A DNA stretch of 64,000 nt from Candidatus Zixiibacteriota bacterium (GCA_019038695.1 JAHOYZ010000028.1:12492-76491); one strand, 5' to 3'; positions 27,606 to 38,880 are shown, counted from the stretch's first letter. Numbers and translations: made by a program. The notes: generated by a model from the letters alone, not told the origin.

Positions 27606-29825
27606 CTAGTTAGAACGTAACGAGGTCTTCTGCACAAGTACAGATATGGACAGGCCGAGTGCAATATAGCCACAGATGACCTCTATCACGGCAAGAAGCT
27701 GCGCGGGCCAATAAGAAGCAAGTCGATAGGCGGTGCTGTCCATTGAGCAGAACTTAGTGCAACTGAATATCAGTGTATGCAAGAAATCCACCTGTCTGTG
27801 GTCAACCGTTACCCAACCGAAAAGGGCGTAAACGCACGCACACGCAAGAATCACGGCAGCACTCGCAAGCATTACCCACCAGATGTGTTCTCCATATCTG
27901 GTCAGGCCACCCCAAAACCTGAGAGTCCAGTTTCCCTGAGCGCTTAGTCCGACCTGTAGCTTTCGTATATCCGATAATCTGTCATCATTACCGTATTTTG
28001 TCATCTGGGTGATTAGCTTTCCGCAAACCTTCTTCTTCATTGCGTACGCCTCACCGTCGCTCACGGATATTTCATCGCACAGACGGAAAACCTCTTGCAT
28101 TACGGAAGAATCTCCGAGCCAATCCAAGGGTCCTAGCCAATTCGGCTCATAGTGCTTGATCCTCGCAAGCAGGAGATCCTCCAAGCACTCGAGCACCTCC
28201 CGGTTCCCTCTATCTCGTGATATCCTCGCAAGAGCGTCAAGTGACTCCAGTTCGCCCTGCTTGTCTCCAGCTGATGAGAAACTCCTCGCGGCAAGATTGA
28301 TACAGTTCCTTGCCGATTCGAAGTCATTCTTACTTTCAAAGCCCGCGCAGAGAGCGCTGTACGCTTTGGCAGCCTTATCATGGTGCCCGGTCTTCACCAA
28401 GTGCTCGGATTCTCTTTCGCAAAGCGCAGCAAGTCTGACATCTTTCATTTGGTCGTTTTTGACCGCATTGGACGCAACCGTAACAGCCTTACCCCAGTAA
28501 GTGCCAGCCTTCTCCGAAAGCTGCAATACGTCGCACAAGTAGGCTGCCATTTCAAGAGCCTTCAGCCTGTTTTCGGGGCGTGCCTTTTCGTCAAGTAGCT
28601 GCAAAGCTTGCTCAGTGTGCCTTAGGGCGAGGTTATGGTCAGGTATCTCCGCGGCGGCCTCTCCCGCCTTCAAGTACTCCAATGCGACGAGTTCATGGCT
28701 GGTTTGGAACTCCTGGCTCCCGGCACGCCTCAGATGCTCCTCCATCTTCTCTTCCCATGTTGGCGCATTTCGTCTCTCCTTGATTACGGCGATTACTTCG
28801 GGGGGCATCATAACGAGCTGGTCGTCGATGACCGGTGAATCGACAATTCCCGCGACAACGTCAACTGGGGCACCATACTCCCTTATTACTTCAACGCAAT
28901 CCAGTGGACGTCTCTGATACCGCGCTTCCATTATTCTCGAGTAGCTTTCAAAGTGGGCCTTGAAATCGGAAGGTATACGATATGACAAGTAACAAAGAAG
29001 TAAACCTTCACGCTCTTGGCAAACCGGACCGTCCACGTAGAGGAACTTCCAATAGGTATCAAAGCTGATATCGGGAGTCTCTTTCCTGTTTTTCTCTACG
29101 GCTCGCTTATTGGTCACATCACCCGCATCTGCCAGCTGAAGTAATGCCTTGAGGAGTCTCATTCTAATACCCGAAGGAGTCCAGGAGGCTGCTACAGGCC
29201 AGTAACTCTTGTGAAGTCCGGCAATTGCCGCAACATAGTAGGCGCTATCTATTGATTTCAAAGCCTGAGACAGATCGGGGAACACTTTGGTCTTGCCTTC
29301 GTGTGCTTCCCTGATATACTTCTCTGAGAAGTTAGCATGTTCGTTATAGAGATACGCACATTGAGTCTTTTCCAACTTCTCGAAAACCGCTGATTCGAAT
29401 TTGTCCGCCTCATAGTCGCGCATGTAGAAATAGCAATACATTCCAACATCGTGCAAGTAAACTGCCGAACACAAGACGAACAACTCAACAGCTGAAAGCC
29501 TTACCTTCAATCGGGCCTCAATCGGAGCAAGAAACACAAACATGCGCTTCGCATGCTCCCATCCGTTCTTGGCCATGAACTTTGGCTTGGGAGAGCCCTC
29601 AGTTATTTCCCTGATGTGTCCGTCCAACCTCTGGAGTTGGCCATACAGTCGGGCATCAAGTAGTTTCAGTCTGGTTTCCAAAGTCTCAAGCAACGGTAGT
29701 ACCCCCGTGGAATCGATGTAGCCGGTAGGGCCACTGCTCGTACTGGTGTCCTCCGTGGAAAGGTCGTACGTGTCTCCGGCTGGAGCAGAGTACTGAGTCT
29801 GTAAAGCTGTTGAGCCTGAAGCCAT
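27606..29825 (-). CDS. HD-CE-type HD domain, helical TPR-like region and C-terminal 2TM channel-like domain
   Basis: EHAKRM, AVYLHDVGM, LLQLADAGD..KRA; C-terminal TM-pore helix-TM (LTRYGE...FSCTKF); ORF is open from 29852. Confidence 0.65.
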   Translation of the reverse strand: MASGSTALQTQYSAPAGDTYDLSTEDTSTSSGPTGYIDSTGVLPLLETLETRLKLLDARLYGQLQRLDGHIREITEGSPKPKFMAKNGWEHAKRMFVFLAPIEARLKVRLSAVELFVLCSAVYLHDVGMYCYFYMRDYEADKFESAVFEKLEKTQCAYLYNEHANFSEKYIREAHEGKTKVFPDLSQALKSIDSAYYVAAIAGLHKSYWPVAASWTPSGIRMRLLKALLQLADAGDVTNKRAVEKNRKETPDISFDTYWKFLYVDGPVCQEREGLLLCYLSYRIPSDFKAHFESYSRIMEARYQRRPLDCVEVIREYGAPVDVVAGIVDSPVIDDQLVMMPPEVIAVIKERRNAPTWEEKMEEHLRRAGSQEFQTSHELVALEYLKAGEAAAEIPDHNLALRHTEQALQLLDEKARPENRLKALEMAAYLCDVLQLSEKAGTYWGKAVTVASNAVKNDQMKDVRLAALCERESEHLVKTGHHDKAAKAYSALCAGFESKNDFESARNCINLAARSFSSAGDKQGELESLDALARISRDRGNREVLECLEDLLLARIKHYEPNWLGPLDWLGDSSVMQEVFRLCDEISVSDGEAYAMKKKVCGKLITQMTKYGNDDRLSDIRKLQVGLSAQGNWTLRFWGGLTRYGEHIWWVMLASAAVILACACVYALFGWVTVDHRQVDFLHTLIFSCTKFCSMDSTAYRLASYWPAQLLAVIEVICGYIALGLSISVLVQKTSLRSN

Positions 29826-29958
29826 CTTCACTCCCGCGGTCCGGATCACCAAGGTGCCCAGTCAAGCAACGCGTTCCGTCAGCGGTTAGAGAATTAAAAG
29901 GGGGAGGAATCCGACAGTGCAATCGGTCGTGTTTCCCTACGCCCTTGCTATCATTACC

Positions 29959-29987
29959 ATTATACAAATAAAATCGGTTATTTGCAA
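29959..29987 (-). promoter_or_regulatory. Sigma70-type promoter upstream of the HD protein
   Basis: TTGCAA-17bp-TATAAT with extended -10 TG. Confidence 0.6.
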
Positions 29988-30302
29988 CCGAAACTTGACA
30001 ATTGGCTCTCTGTTTGTTTATCGGACAGAAGCCTACTGTCAACATCGACCGTTCACCATGGCAAGTACTCAATGTGCCCCCGGCTTCATAAGCCATTGAC
30101 ATTCGGTTTGTTACGCTACTCCAACAACCCAACGAGATTTCTCCCTTTGGCCAGTCCCTTAGAATGAACCAAGTTAGCGATCTCACGCGAAAAAGCAACA
30201 ACAAAATCCCCCCGAGACCAGAATCTTGAGACTCGGCCCGTCAGTTCGAAACCAACGAGTAATTGCACCAAGGCTCCCTTTTGCGGTTCCGCGAATCTCC
30301 CC

Positions 30303-31079
30303 CTACCCCTTCGCCTTGATCAGAAACATCAGAGGATACGGCGTCGGGCCGTCGGGTGGATAGTAGTAACCGTCTTTCTCGTTCCAGTCTTCCTCGCGGG
30401 CGTAGCACAACTTGTTGTATTCCTCGACTTGCTCTATCGTCAGGCCAGCTCTAATCAACGCATTGATCATGTCAGCTAATGTATGCGGATATTCGACGGA
30501 ATCTTCTTCTATGGTATATTCGCGATCACAATAATCCTTCTCACCGGCATACCGTTGCGGCTCGGTATCAAAATACGACAACCCTTCTTCAAGCATAACA
30601 TTACTCATCGGGTGGATATCGACAATGAGAAACGTCCCGCCCTTCAGAAGGTAGTGCGCCACAACTTCAGCCCAACGATCCAGATCGGAAATCCAGCAGT
30701 GTGTCCCGTAGGTTTGAATGATAATATCGAAACGGTCGTCGATTTTCCCGATCAGTTCGAGCACATCAGATCGCACAAATTCGGCTTTGAGATGGGCGTC
30801 ATTTTTCAGTAGGTTGGCCAACTCAATCGAGCGGTCAGAGATATCTACGCCGGTGACAATCGCACCGCGTCGCGACCAGGCCAGACTGTCCTTTCCAAAA
30901 TGACAGAACAGATGCAGCAGCTTTTTTCCAGTCACATCCCCCAGTGCTGATAGTTCTAACGATTTGAGAGGGCATTGACCCTGTAGGAACTCTTTGACCT
31001 TATAGCCCGGGTGATAGTAGTGAACATCAGCAATCTCGTTCCAGAGTTTGCGGTTCTGCTTGTGGCCGGAGTCGGGCAC
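30303..31079 (-). CDS. Class I SAM-dependent methyltransferase
   Basis: LHLFCHFGKD, GVDIS; GTG start overlapping the lptG stop (TAGTG). Confidence 0.88.
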   Translation of the reverse strand: MPDSGHKQNRKLWNEIADVHYYHPGYKVKEFLQGQCPLKSLELSALGDVTGKKLLHLFCHFGKDSLAWSRRGAIVTGVDISDRSIELANLLKNDAHLKAEFVRSDVLELIGKIDDRFDIIIQTYGTHCWISDLDRWAEVVAHYLLKGGTFLIVDIHPMSNVMLEEGLSYFDTEPQRYAGEKDYCDREYTIEEDSVEYPHTLADMINALIRAGLTIEQVEEYNKLCYAREEDWNEKDGYYYPPDGPTPYPLMFLIKAKG

Positions 31080-32158
31080 TATTTTCTGGCCTTGAGCATA
31101 GAGAATATTCCAATCAACAGGAAAAAACCATTCACCCCCCAGATTGCCAACTCGCGGGGTATTTTTTCGTTGTAACCAACCGACTGGAGAATGCGAAACA
31201 TTATGAAATACGCCAGCGATATCAGCGCCCCGACCGACACCGAAACCGCAATCCCCCCGCGTCGAGGATTGGAAGCAAACGGAATGCACATAAGTACAAC
31301 GATAAACGATGACAGCGGGTATGAATACTTGATACCCAGATCAACCGCCTCCCGCGCATATGGCCCACCGACCCTTTTCATCAAGTCAATGTACTGCTTG
31401 AGTTCTTCGATACCCATGTCTTCAGGTTTGCCGATCCGTTTGGCGAGGTCTTTCGGTTTATCCTGAATATCTTGGAGATATAAGATGTCAAACTCCTGGT
31501 ATGTTTCCCCGATGGTTTCGGAGAAAATCCGCTCTGTGCCATTACGAGCAATCCATCGGTTTTCGCGATACATAACGGTGGGGGCTGTGATGATTCTGGC
31601 GAGGCGGTTGTTTTCGGTGATGTACACACTTAGGTCGCGCCCTTCCCGACGATCAGCATTGAACCGACTCATAGTATAGAAATACCCCGGACGAACCTGG
31701 CGATAAACATTTGAGACCTGGGCATCCGACGCTCGGGAACGTTTCTCAATGACATACTCCTTGATCTCCAGTCGTCGCATATTGGCCGGAGGATAGATGT
31801 ACTCATTGTAGTAGAAATGCGCCCCCGACAACAACAGCGCGGCCACCGCATAAGGCGCCGCGATTCTATAGAGCGATAGCCCGGAGGACTTCATTGCCAG
31901 CATTTCGTTACGTCGAGCAATGATTGACACCGAGAAAAGGGTAGCGATAAGAATGAACATGGGTAGAAATGATTTGAGTACCCACCCGCCCCAGTAGGAA
32001 TAGTATTCCACAATCGTGAGCAACGGCACATCGTGGTCTACGAAATCACGTAACTCTTCAATGATATTGATAATGATGATTGTCAGTCCGAACACAATCG
32101 TCACCACCAGAAGGGAAGCGAAAAAAGATTTCAACAGGTACAGGTCAATCTTTTTCAT
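31079..32158 (-). CDS. lptG: LPS export ABC transporter permease LptG
   Basis: MKKIDLYLLK, NEMLAMKSSG, KYSYPLSS; paired with lptF. Confidence 0.85.
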   Translation of the reverse strand: MKKIDLYLLKSFFASLLVVTIVFGLTIIIINIIEELRDFVDHDVPLLTIVEYYSYWGGWVLKSFLPMFILIATLFSVSIIARRNEMLAMKSSGLSLYRIAAPYAVAALLLSGAHFYYNEYIYPPANMRRLEIKEYVIEKRSRASDAQVSNVYRQVRPGYFYTMSRFNADRREGRDLSVYITENNRLARIITAPTVMYRENRWIARNGTERIFSETIGETYQEFDILYLQDIQDKPKDLAKRIGKPEDMGIEELKQYIDLMKRVGGPYAREAVDLGIKYSYPLSSFIVVLMCIPFASNPRRGGIAVSVSVGALISLAYFIMFRILQSVGYNEKIPRELAIWGVNGFFLLIGIFSMLKARK

Positions 32159-33494
32159 TATCGCTCCCGGTATCAGCCCGGTGGAAATACGAGAAAATCG
32201 GTTTTTCGGTAACAACCTTGTAGATGAGGAATAGGCCAATCCCACCAAGAAGGAAATTAGCGCTCCACATCGCCCAGAATGGCGGTACCAACCCACGGTC
32301 AGCCAGGTCCTCACCGCCAATCAAAAAAGCCCAGTAGAGAACAAAGAGGCCGATGGAAATAGCGATAGCCACCCCCATCCCACCTCTGCGGGAGATAACT
32401 GCCAACGGCGCACCGATAAGGATAAAGGCCAGCGATGCTGCCGGGATTGAGTATTTCTTGTAAATTTCAATTGTAAACTTGTTCACCAGCTTGGTTTGGG
32501 CTGCGATCTGCTGCCGACTGCGCTGGACCACCTTGTACTGGTTAGCTGCCTGCCTTTGTATTCGTTCAAATGCAGCAATATCATCGATAGTTGTATCAAC
32601 GGGGGGAGCCAAACTGTCTGAGAAAAGAAAATCGAACCGTCGCCCAAGCTGATTGGTAATCTTTTCCTCGAAAGGTCCAATTGTCGCCAGCGCCCGATCC
32701 ACAGTCGCCTGCATTTGATCAATGGGCATTTCCCGGTCGGTGCGGTAATCCTGAGCGGTCCGCTTCAACTCGGTTCCAGGTCCAGCGACGTTTAGAACAT
32801 GCTTGTCGAATGCCATCCGTCGATAGTTGGCCGGCTCCTCGGTATCGAGCTTGTGGATCTCTCCATTGTGAAGGGTGAACTGCATATTCATGCCGTTGTC
32901 AGTGCTTTCGAGAAACCCATACTCCGCGACCACTATCTGGGGTTTGGTAGCGTTCCTGGTGTCAGTGATGCGTACACCCTCAACGCGGGAAGTCGTATGA
33001 TTAACCTTATCAATCAGCACCAGATAGCCGGGAATGTCGGAGATAAACACACCGGACCGGAATACCAGAGTAGGCCGCATGGCAGCAATGTCCCCCCACA
33101 GCAACCGGGCACGTTTGTTAAGGTCAGGAAGAATGCGATCATTAAACTCAATCATACCCACCATCAAAACACACCCCACAACCATCAAAGGGGCTATGAC
33201 CCGCATCAGGTGAATACCGGAAGATTTGATAGCCGTTATTTCGAAGTCCGATGTGAGGCGGCCAAAAGCAATAAGAACCGCCACCAGAACCGACATCGGT
33301 ACCGAGAGGGCAAGCATCCAGGCCAGGTTGAAAAAGACCAGCTCCAATGCGACCCAGATCGACAGATCCTTGTCAATGACATGATCAATGATCTTCGGCA
33401 CATAGTCGATCACCAATAGAAACGTGATTGCCATAAAGGCAAAAAGGAACGGAGCAATGTGCTCCCTCAATATGTAGCGAGTCAGTTTCTTCAT
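32145..33494 (-). CDS. lptF: LPS export ABC transporter permease LptF
   Basis: YILREHIAPF, FGRLTSDFEITAIKSSG, KKYSIP. Confidence 0.87.
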   Translation of the reverse strand: MKKLTRYILREHIAPFLFAFMAITFLLVIDYVPKIIDHVIDKDLSIWVALELVFFNLAWMLALSVPMSVLVAVLIAFGRLTSDFEITAIKSSGIHLMRVIAPLMVVGCVLMVGMIEFNDRILPDLNKRARLLWGDIAAMRPTLVFRSGVFISDIPGYLVLIDKVNHTTSRVEGVRITDTRNATKPQIVVAEYGFLESTDNGMNMQFTLHNGEIHKLDTEEPANYRRMAFDKHVLNVAGPGTELKRTAQDYRTDREMPIDQMQATVDRALATIGPFEEKITNQLGRRFDFLFSDSLAPPVDTTIDDIAAFERIQRQAANQYKVVQRSRQQIAAQTKLVNKFTIEIYKKYSIPAASLAFILIGAPLAVISRRGGMGVAIAISIGLFVLYWAFLIGGEDLADRGLVPPFWAMWSANFLLGGIGLFLIYKVVTEKPIFSYFHRADTGSDNEKD

Positions 33495-33614
33495 AGGGTC
33501 ACAGTAGCATTCTGTCGGCAATATATTGCTTATACATGCTACGGCAAGATAATATCAAGAAACAGCGGGGGAACTGTCATAGTGACTGCACATTGAGTGT
33601 TGCTTATGGAATTA

Positions 33615-33644
33615 TACCCGGCAGACGTCACCGTCTGCCGGGTA
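33615..33644 (-). terminator. Hairpin after fumC
   Basis: Perfect 13-bp stem TACCCGGCAGACG/CGTCTGCCGGGTA. Confidence 0.6.
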
Positions 33645-33665
33645 CATTAGCTATTCTGTTGCGGT

Positions 33666-35057
33666 CTACTTCTTCGGCCCGATCATCTTCTCTGGACGAA
33701 CCTTCTCATCAAACTCTTCCGCCGTCAACAGCTTCAGTTTCATGGCCGCTTCCTTGAGCGTACTGCCGTCAGCATGAGCTGTCTTGGCGATCTTGGCCGC
33801 ATTGTCATAACCCACATGTGGATTAAGGGCGGTGACCAGCATGAGAGAGTTGGTCAGGTTCTTCTTGATGTTCACTTCGTTGGGCTCAATCCCAACCGCG
33901 CAGTTCAGGTCAAACATATCACAGGCGTCGGCCAGCAGCCGAATCGACTGAAGCAGGTTGAAGATCATCACCGGCTTGAATACATTAAGCTCGAAATGAC
34001 CCGTCGCGCCGCCGATATTTACGGCCACGTCGTTGCCCATAACCTGTGCGCAGACCATTGTCATAGCCTCACACTGGGTCGGGTTGACCTTACCCGGCAT
34101 GATCGAAGACCCCGGTTCGTTGGCTGGCAGGACCAGTTCACCGATACCGCAACGTGGACCGGAAGCGAGAAAACGAATATCGTTGGCGATCTTCATCAAG
34201 GAACAGGCAAGAGTTTTCATAACGCCCGAGGCCTCGACGATAGCATCATGCGTCGCCAGCGCTTCAAACTTATTGGGCGCGGTGACAAACGGCTGGCCGC
34301 TTATTTTGGCTATCGCCGCCGCCGACTTCACAGCAAAATCAGGATGCGTATTGAGACCGGTGCCGACAGCCGTTCCGCCAAGAGCCAACGGGTAGAGACG
34401 CTTGAGACAGTCATTGATCCGGTCCAGACCAAGCGTAAGTGCCGCCGCATAGCCGGAGAACTCCTGCCCCAGTGTTAGCGGTGTGGCGTCCATCAGATGT
34501 GTACGACCAATCTTGATGATGTTATCGAAGTCGCTGGATTTTTTTTCCAGCGTGTCACGTAACTTAGTAACCATCGGGATCAGTCGCCGGTGGATTTCCT
34601 CGACAGCGGCGATGTGCATCGCGGTTGGAAAAGTATCGTTGGACGATTGAGCTTTGTTGACATCGTCGTTGGGGTGGACCGGCTTTTTTGAACCCATTTC
34701 GCCGCCGGCTAATTCGATAGCGCGGTTTGCTATCACTTCGTTGGAGTTCATATTGGTCTGAGTACCCGAACCGGTTTGCCAGACGACCAGCGGGAAATGT
34801 TCATCCAACTTGCCGTTGATGACTTCGTCGGCGGCCTTCACGATAAGATCACATTTCTCTTTGGGCAGAGTTCCCAATTCCGTGTTGACCTGTGCGGCGG
34901 CTTTCTTGAGAATACCCAGAGCGCGAATGAGTTCACGCGGCATTCTTTCGCCGCCGATGCGGAAATTCTGTATTGAGCGTGCGGTTTGACAGCCATAGTA
35001 TTTGTCGGCCGGCACTTTCATCTCGCCCATTGTATCTGTTTCAATGCGGTAGTCCAT
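33666..35057 (-). CDS. fumC: Fumarate hydratase class II
   Basis: [13 protein letters not shown] signature; [11 protein letters not shown]. Confidence 0.97.
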   Translation of the reverse strand: MDYRIETDTMGEMKVPADKYYGCQTARSIQNFRIGGERMPRELIRALGILKKAAAQVNTELGTLPKEKCDLIVKAADEVINGKLDEHFPLVVWQTGSGTQTNMNSNEVIANRAIELAGGEMGSKKPVHPNDDVNKAQSSNDTFPTAMHIAAVEEIHRRLIPMVTKLRDTLEKKSSDFDNIIKIGRTHLMDATPLTLGQEFSGYAAALTLGLDRINDCLKRLYPLALGGTAVGTGLNTHPDFAVKSAAAIAKISGQPFVTAPNKFEALATHDAIVEASGVMKTLACSLMKIANDIRFLASGPRCGIGELVLPANEPGSSIMPGKVNPTQCEAMTMVCAQVMGNDVAVNIGGATGHFELNVFKPVMIFNLLQSIRLLADACDMFDLNCAVGIEPNEVNIKKNLTNSLMLVTALNPHVGYDNAAKIAKTAHADGSTLKEAAMKLKLLTAEEFDEKVRPEKMIGPKK

Positions 35058-35224
35058 GATTCCTCCGTGTGGCAGCTATTCGATTGCCGCCTGTCAATAA
35101 CGACCCAATTTCTGTTGTGGGAATATACACATTATGCCGGACGGGGCAAGCCGGATCAAGGATGGGCTTGATTTGTCGGGCGCAATTCCATATACTTTTG
35201 CAAACATCTTGTGGGGAGGTATTC

Positions 35225-36223
35225 ATGAAGCATTGTTTTTCGGGAACATTAAGTTTGTGCCTGTCGCTGTTATTGGTGATCGCACTGTTCTGCTCGGAAA
35301 TTCAGGCGGTAACTGTTTACCAACTGGAGTTGACCGACGGAACGATTTTCGAAAGCATTTCATTCAAAATCGACGATGTCTATAAGGTTATTACTTTTAA
35401 CGAGGATGGAAAGAAGCGCAATATTAGCTTCACCGAGATTGCCGGGATTTATAACGCTGATGGAAGCGACATTACCGAAATACTGCTGGGGCCCGGCTAC
35501 GGAGCCGCCGCAAAGAGTCAAACTCGCCAAGAGACGCAGCCAATAGACTCGGGTGGTCAAACAGCCGTGGACCAGAAACAGTCAGGATGGGTATCCGAAA
35601 CCTCAGAGAAATACAAGCAGGGCCAGAAAGCACTATATTCAGTGGCTTTCCGCCTGGGGGGCAACTACAGTATCCCCGCCACCGATTATTATGATGGAAT
35701 CAAATCCGGTTTGGGTTATGGCTTTGACATCGTAGTCCCGGTAACCAGAAAAATCGCAATTCGAGGTACGATCTCAAAATCAGGGATGGAAGATGATCCC
35801 GACCAACTGCTCTCCGGTTCCGGGATGGTGCCCATTAGAGATAACCTGAGTCTGGATGTCTGGCGTTACTTCGTGTCTGCCGAATACTACAGCTGGCCCA
35901 GGTACGTCGAGGGCAGCAAGACGATGTATTACCTGTATTCCGGTTTAGGGGCTATCAGTCATTCGTTCTCCGGTAGCATTCTTGCCCTTGATATCAGCAC
36001 GGATGAGATATGGGCCGTGACGTATGAGTCGCAGAGCAAGTTTGCCTTCACTTTGGGTGGCGGGCTGGTGACCATGTTCTCGAACTCTCTGGGACTTGAT
36101 ACCCGTGCTGCGGCGGATCTTGTTATCGTGGGGACTGACTCAAACGAGTACGGCATGTATGGCAGAACCCAGCAAGCACTTGTATTCGATCTTAAGGTTG
36201 GTCTAGTGGCCATGATTAGATGA
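35225..36223 (+). CDS. Secreted protein with C-terminal outer-membrane beta-barrel
   Basis: GGGAGG RBS, signal peptide, alternating beta-strand pattern. Confidence 0.7.
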   Translation: MKHCFSGTLSLCLSLLLVIALFCSEIQAVTVYQLELTDGTIFESISFKIDDVYKVITFNEDGKKRNISFTEIAGIYNADGSDITEILLGPGYGAAAKSQTRQETQPIDSGGQTAVDQKQSGWVSETSEKYKQGQKALYSVAFRLGGNYSIPATDYYDGIKSGLGYGFDIVVPVTRKIAIRGTISKSGMEDDPDQLLSGSGMVPIRDNLSLDVWRYFVSAEYYSWPRYVEGSKTMYYLYSGLGAISHSFSGSILALDISTDEIWAVTYESQSKFAFTLGGGLVTMFSNSLGLDTRAAADLVIVGTDSNEYGMYGRTQQALVFDLKVGLVAMIR

Positions 36224-36260
36224 TCATTATCGGACAATTCACAACGTAAGGAGGACTGTT

Positions 36261-36803
36261 ATGATAACATTTCATCGTATGTCGCTATTGGTTCTACTGG
36301 GGCTCCTGCTAGTATTCATGGGTTGCACCAAACCATACAAAATAACGCACGACCTGGAGGCTCCAATCCGGCCGCCATCCGCCTGCACAATCGGTGAAAT
36401 CACCGATGGCCTTCCATTCGATACCAAGGATGAAGATAAACCAACCATCGAACACATCGACATGTTCCGAGGTTACCTTGAAGAAGAACTGTCGAAGAAG
36501 GAGATTTTTGGAACGGTTGGAGATCTCAGCGCCGATGCCCAATACCGGGTTGAAGGAACAATACTTGAGTTCAAAAAAGGTAGCGGATTTGTGCGCTTCA
36601 TGATTGGCTTTGGATTGGGTAGTGCCATACTAACCGTGGAACTCCGTCTTATTGAGACCGAGAGCGGGATCACTCTGTTTGCCGGTAATTTCAAGCGGAA
36701 AATTTCAGATTGGGGGGAGTCAGGCGACAAGACCTTTGAGAACGTGGCCAAGGACTTTGCCAAAGAACTTAAGAAGCAGTTGAAGAAACTTAACAAAGGT
36801 TAA
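36261..36803 (+). CDS. DUF4410-like lipoprotein
   Basis: Lipobox FMGC; KKGSGFVRFMIGFGLG. Confidence 0.7.
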   Translation: MITFHRMSLLVLLGLLLVFMGCTKPYKITHDLEAPIRPPSACTIGEITDGLPFDTKDEDKPTIEHIDMFRGYLEEELSKKEIFGTVGDLSADAQYRVEGTILEFKKGSGFVRFMIGFGLGSAILTVELRLIETESGITLFAGNFKRKISDWGESGDKTFENVAKDFAKELKKQLKKLNKG

Positions 36804-36837
36804 TATCCTAATCTTGCAAAGCCATCCGTACAATAAC

Positions 36838-36870
36838 AAGAGGCCGAAACCACAAAGGTTTCGGCCTCTT
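36838..36870. terminator. Bidirectional terminator between convergent genes
   Basis: AAGAGGCCGAAACC-5-GGTTTCGGCCTCTT. Confidence 0.8.
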
Positions 36871-36926
36871 AAATTCTATCGTGAACACCGGACTATCCAA
36901 TAATATGCCCGGAGCCAAACGGTCGA

Positions 36927-37202
36927 CTAATAGCCACCACCTCCACCACGCGGACCACCCTCGCGCGAACGAGCCTGGTTGACATTGACCTCGCGACCGG
37001 CGATTTCAGTGCCGTTGATGCCATCGATTGCTGCCTGTGCGGCGCTATCGTCGGGCATTTCCACAAACGCAAAACCACGTGAGCGGCCGCTTGAACGATC
37101 AGTAATGATCTTGGCCGAGGACACTTCACCATGCTGCTCAAAAAGCTCACGAAGACCGTCTTCGGTCGCGTCGAACGAAAGATTGCCAACAAAGATATTC
37201 AT
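36927..37202 (-). CDS. RRM RNA-binding protein
   Basis: RNP2 IFVGNL, RNP1 RGFAFVEM, Gly-rich tail. Confidence 0.95.
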   Translation of the reverse strand: MNIFVGNLSFDATEDGLRELFEQHGEVSSAKIITDRSSGRSRGFAFVEMPDDSAAQAAIDGINGTEIAGREVNVNQARSREGGPRGGGGGY

Positions 37203-37296
37203 CAGTATCTCCTAATACAAATATCGGTACTTCTTTTCCCTAACCCTGCTTAAGGCATCATAGATCACCCTCCCTTATGGATTCTGAATCTCTCGT

Positions 37297-38880
37297 CTAT
37301 GAATTCTCAATCTTCTTCTTCTCAACAAGCTGTGCCAATATTTGTGAAACCGGCACTGTTCCGTCCTTTAAGTCTCTCATCTGCGGAAACAGGATGACAT
37401 CGCGAATAGTATGCTGATTGGTCAACAGCATTACCATGCGGTCAATGCCAAATCCGAGTCCGCCTGTCGGTGGCATACCGTAGGTCAGGGCGGTGATGAA
37501 ATCATCGTCAAGCGGCTGCGCCTCGTCATCACCAGCTTCGAGCGCTTTGCCCTGTTGCATGAATCGCTCCATCTGATCCACGGGGTCGTTAAGCTCACTG
37601 AAAGCGTTACCCATCTCCTGCCCGGCAATGAACAATTCAAACCGTTCAGTGAGGCGATCATCCTCCCGGTGTTTCTTCGCCAGGGGAGAGATTTCTACCG
37701 GATAGTCGGTGATAAAAGTCGGCTGGATCAGATTAGGCTCGACCTTCAGTTCCCACACAGCCTCGACACATTTTCCCCAGTTGATCAATTTTGTGTCGTC
37801 GGCCCCGAGCTTAACCGCCGCTGCTTTGGCATCTTCGTAGGACATCGTCATAAAATCAAGTTCGGTGGCTTCTTTGACCGAATCGATCATTGAGATCCAC
37901 TTGAATTTCGGCTCGAAATCAATTTCGTGTTCGTCATAGGGTAGTTTGTATGCGCCGTGAAGTTCAAAAACAACGTGCCGAAAAAGATCCTCCAGCAACA
38001 CGGCAATATCACGATAGTCAGCGTACGCCCAGTACACTTCCACCATCGAGAACTCAGGATTATGCGAACGGTCAAGTCCTTCGTTGCGAAAATCTTTGCA
38101 AAACTCCCACACTTTATCGAAGCCACCTACAATAAGGCGCTTGAGATAAAGCTCGTCGGCAATACGAAGATACATCTGCATATCGAGCTTCTCGTGGTGG
38201 GTGCGAAATGGTTTGGCGTTACCGCCGCCATAAATCGGCTGAAGAATAGGCGTCTCCACCTCAAGAAAATCCCGGCCATTGAGAAACTCACGGATAGTTG
38301 CAATGATCTTCGTACGTTTGACAAATGTTTCACGTACTTCGGCATTAACAATTAGATCCGCATAGCGACGACGGTAGCGCGTCTCGACATCCTTCAGACC
38401 AGCATGCTTATCCGGTAACGGATGAAGAGCTTTGCAGAGCAGTTCGAAATTGCTGACGCTGAGGGTCTTCTCACCCGTGCGAGTGACAAACAGCGTCCCC
38501 TCGCAACCAATGATATCCCCCAGGTCAATATCATTGAAAAGTCCAAAGGCATCTTCACCGACGTTATTGATTTTTACATATAACTGAAGACGGCCGGTGC
38601 TGTCATGGAGATCGGCAAAGAAGACTTTGCCCATCTTCCGCTTGAGCATGATGCGACCGGCCAGTTTAACAACTGTTTCCGATTCTGCTAATTGGTCAAA
38701 CTGATCCAGAACTTCGCTGACCAGATGATCACGGTCATAACGGTAAGGATAGGGGTTGGTTCCACTTGAGCGCAGTTGCCGTGCCTTGTCGTAGCGATTA
38801 CCAATTAACTCGGCCAGAGGGATTTGAATCTCCTCCTGAGTCGCTTCATCCTGCTTCTGTTTTCCCTGTTGCTTGGACAA
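37297..38880 (-). CDS. lysS: Lysine--tRNA ligase (class II)
   Basis: FRNEGLDRSHNPEF, YGMPPTGGLGFGIDR. Confidence 0.97.
   Translation of the reverse strand: MSKQQGKQKQDEATQEEIQIPLAELIGNRYDKARQLRSSGTNPYPYRYDRDHLVSEVLDQFDQLAESETVVKLAGRIMLKRKMGKVFFADLHDSTGRLQLYVKINNVGEDAFGLFNDIDLGDIIGCEGTLFVTRTGEKTLSVSNFELLCKALHPLPDKHAGLKDVETRYRRRYADLIVNAEVRETFVKRTKIIATIREFLNGRDFLEVETPILQPIYGGGNAKPFRTHHEKLDMQMYLRIADELYLKRLIVGGFDKVWEFCKDFRNEGLDRSHNPEFSMVEVYWAYADYRDIAVLLEDLFRHVVFELHGAYKLPYDEHEIDFEPKFKWISMIDSVKEATELDFMTMSYEDAKAAAVKLGADDTKLINWGKCVEAVWELKVEPNLIQPTFITDYPVEISPLAKKHREDDRLTERFELFIAGQEMGNAFSELNDPVDQMERFMQQGKALEAGDDEAQPLDDDFITALTYGMPPTGGLGFGIDRMVMLLTNQHTIRDVILFPQMRDLKDGTVPVSQILAQLVEKKKIENS

Noticed and set aside
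29686-30300. 172-aa and 60-aa ORFs upstream of the HD protein
   Set aside because: No protein-like features; they overlap the promoter region
31080-31289. Long N-terminal extensions in the ORF track (methyltransferase, lptG, lptF, 35069, 55242, 56538)
   Set aside because: They overlap neighbouring genes or lack an RBS; downstream starts fit better
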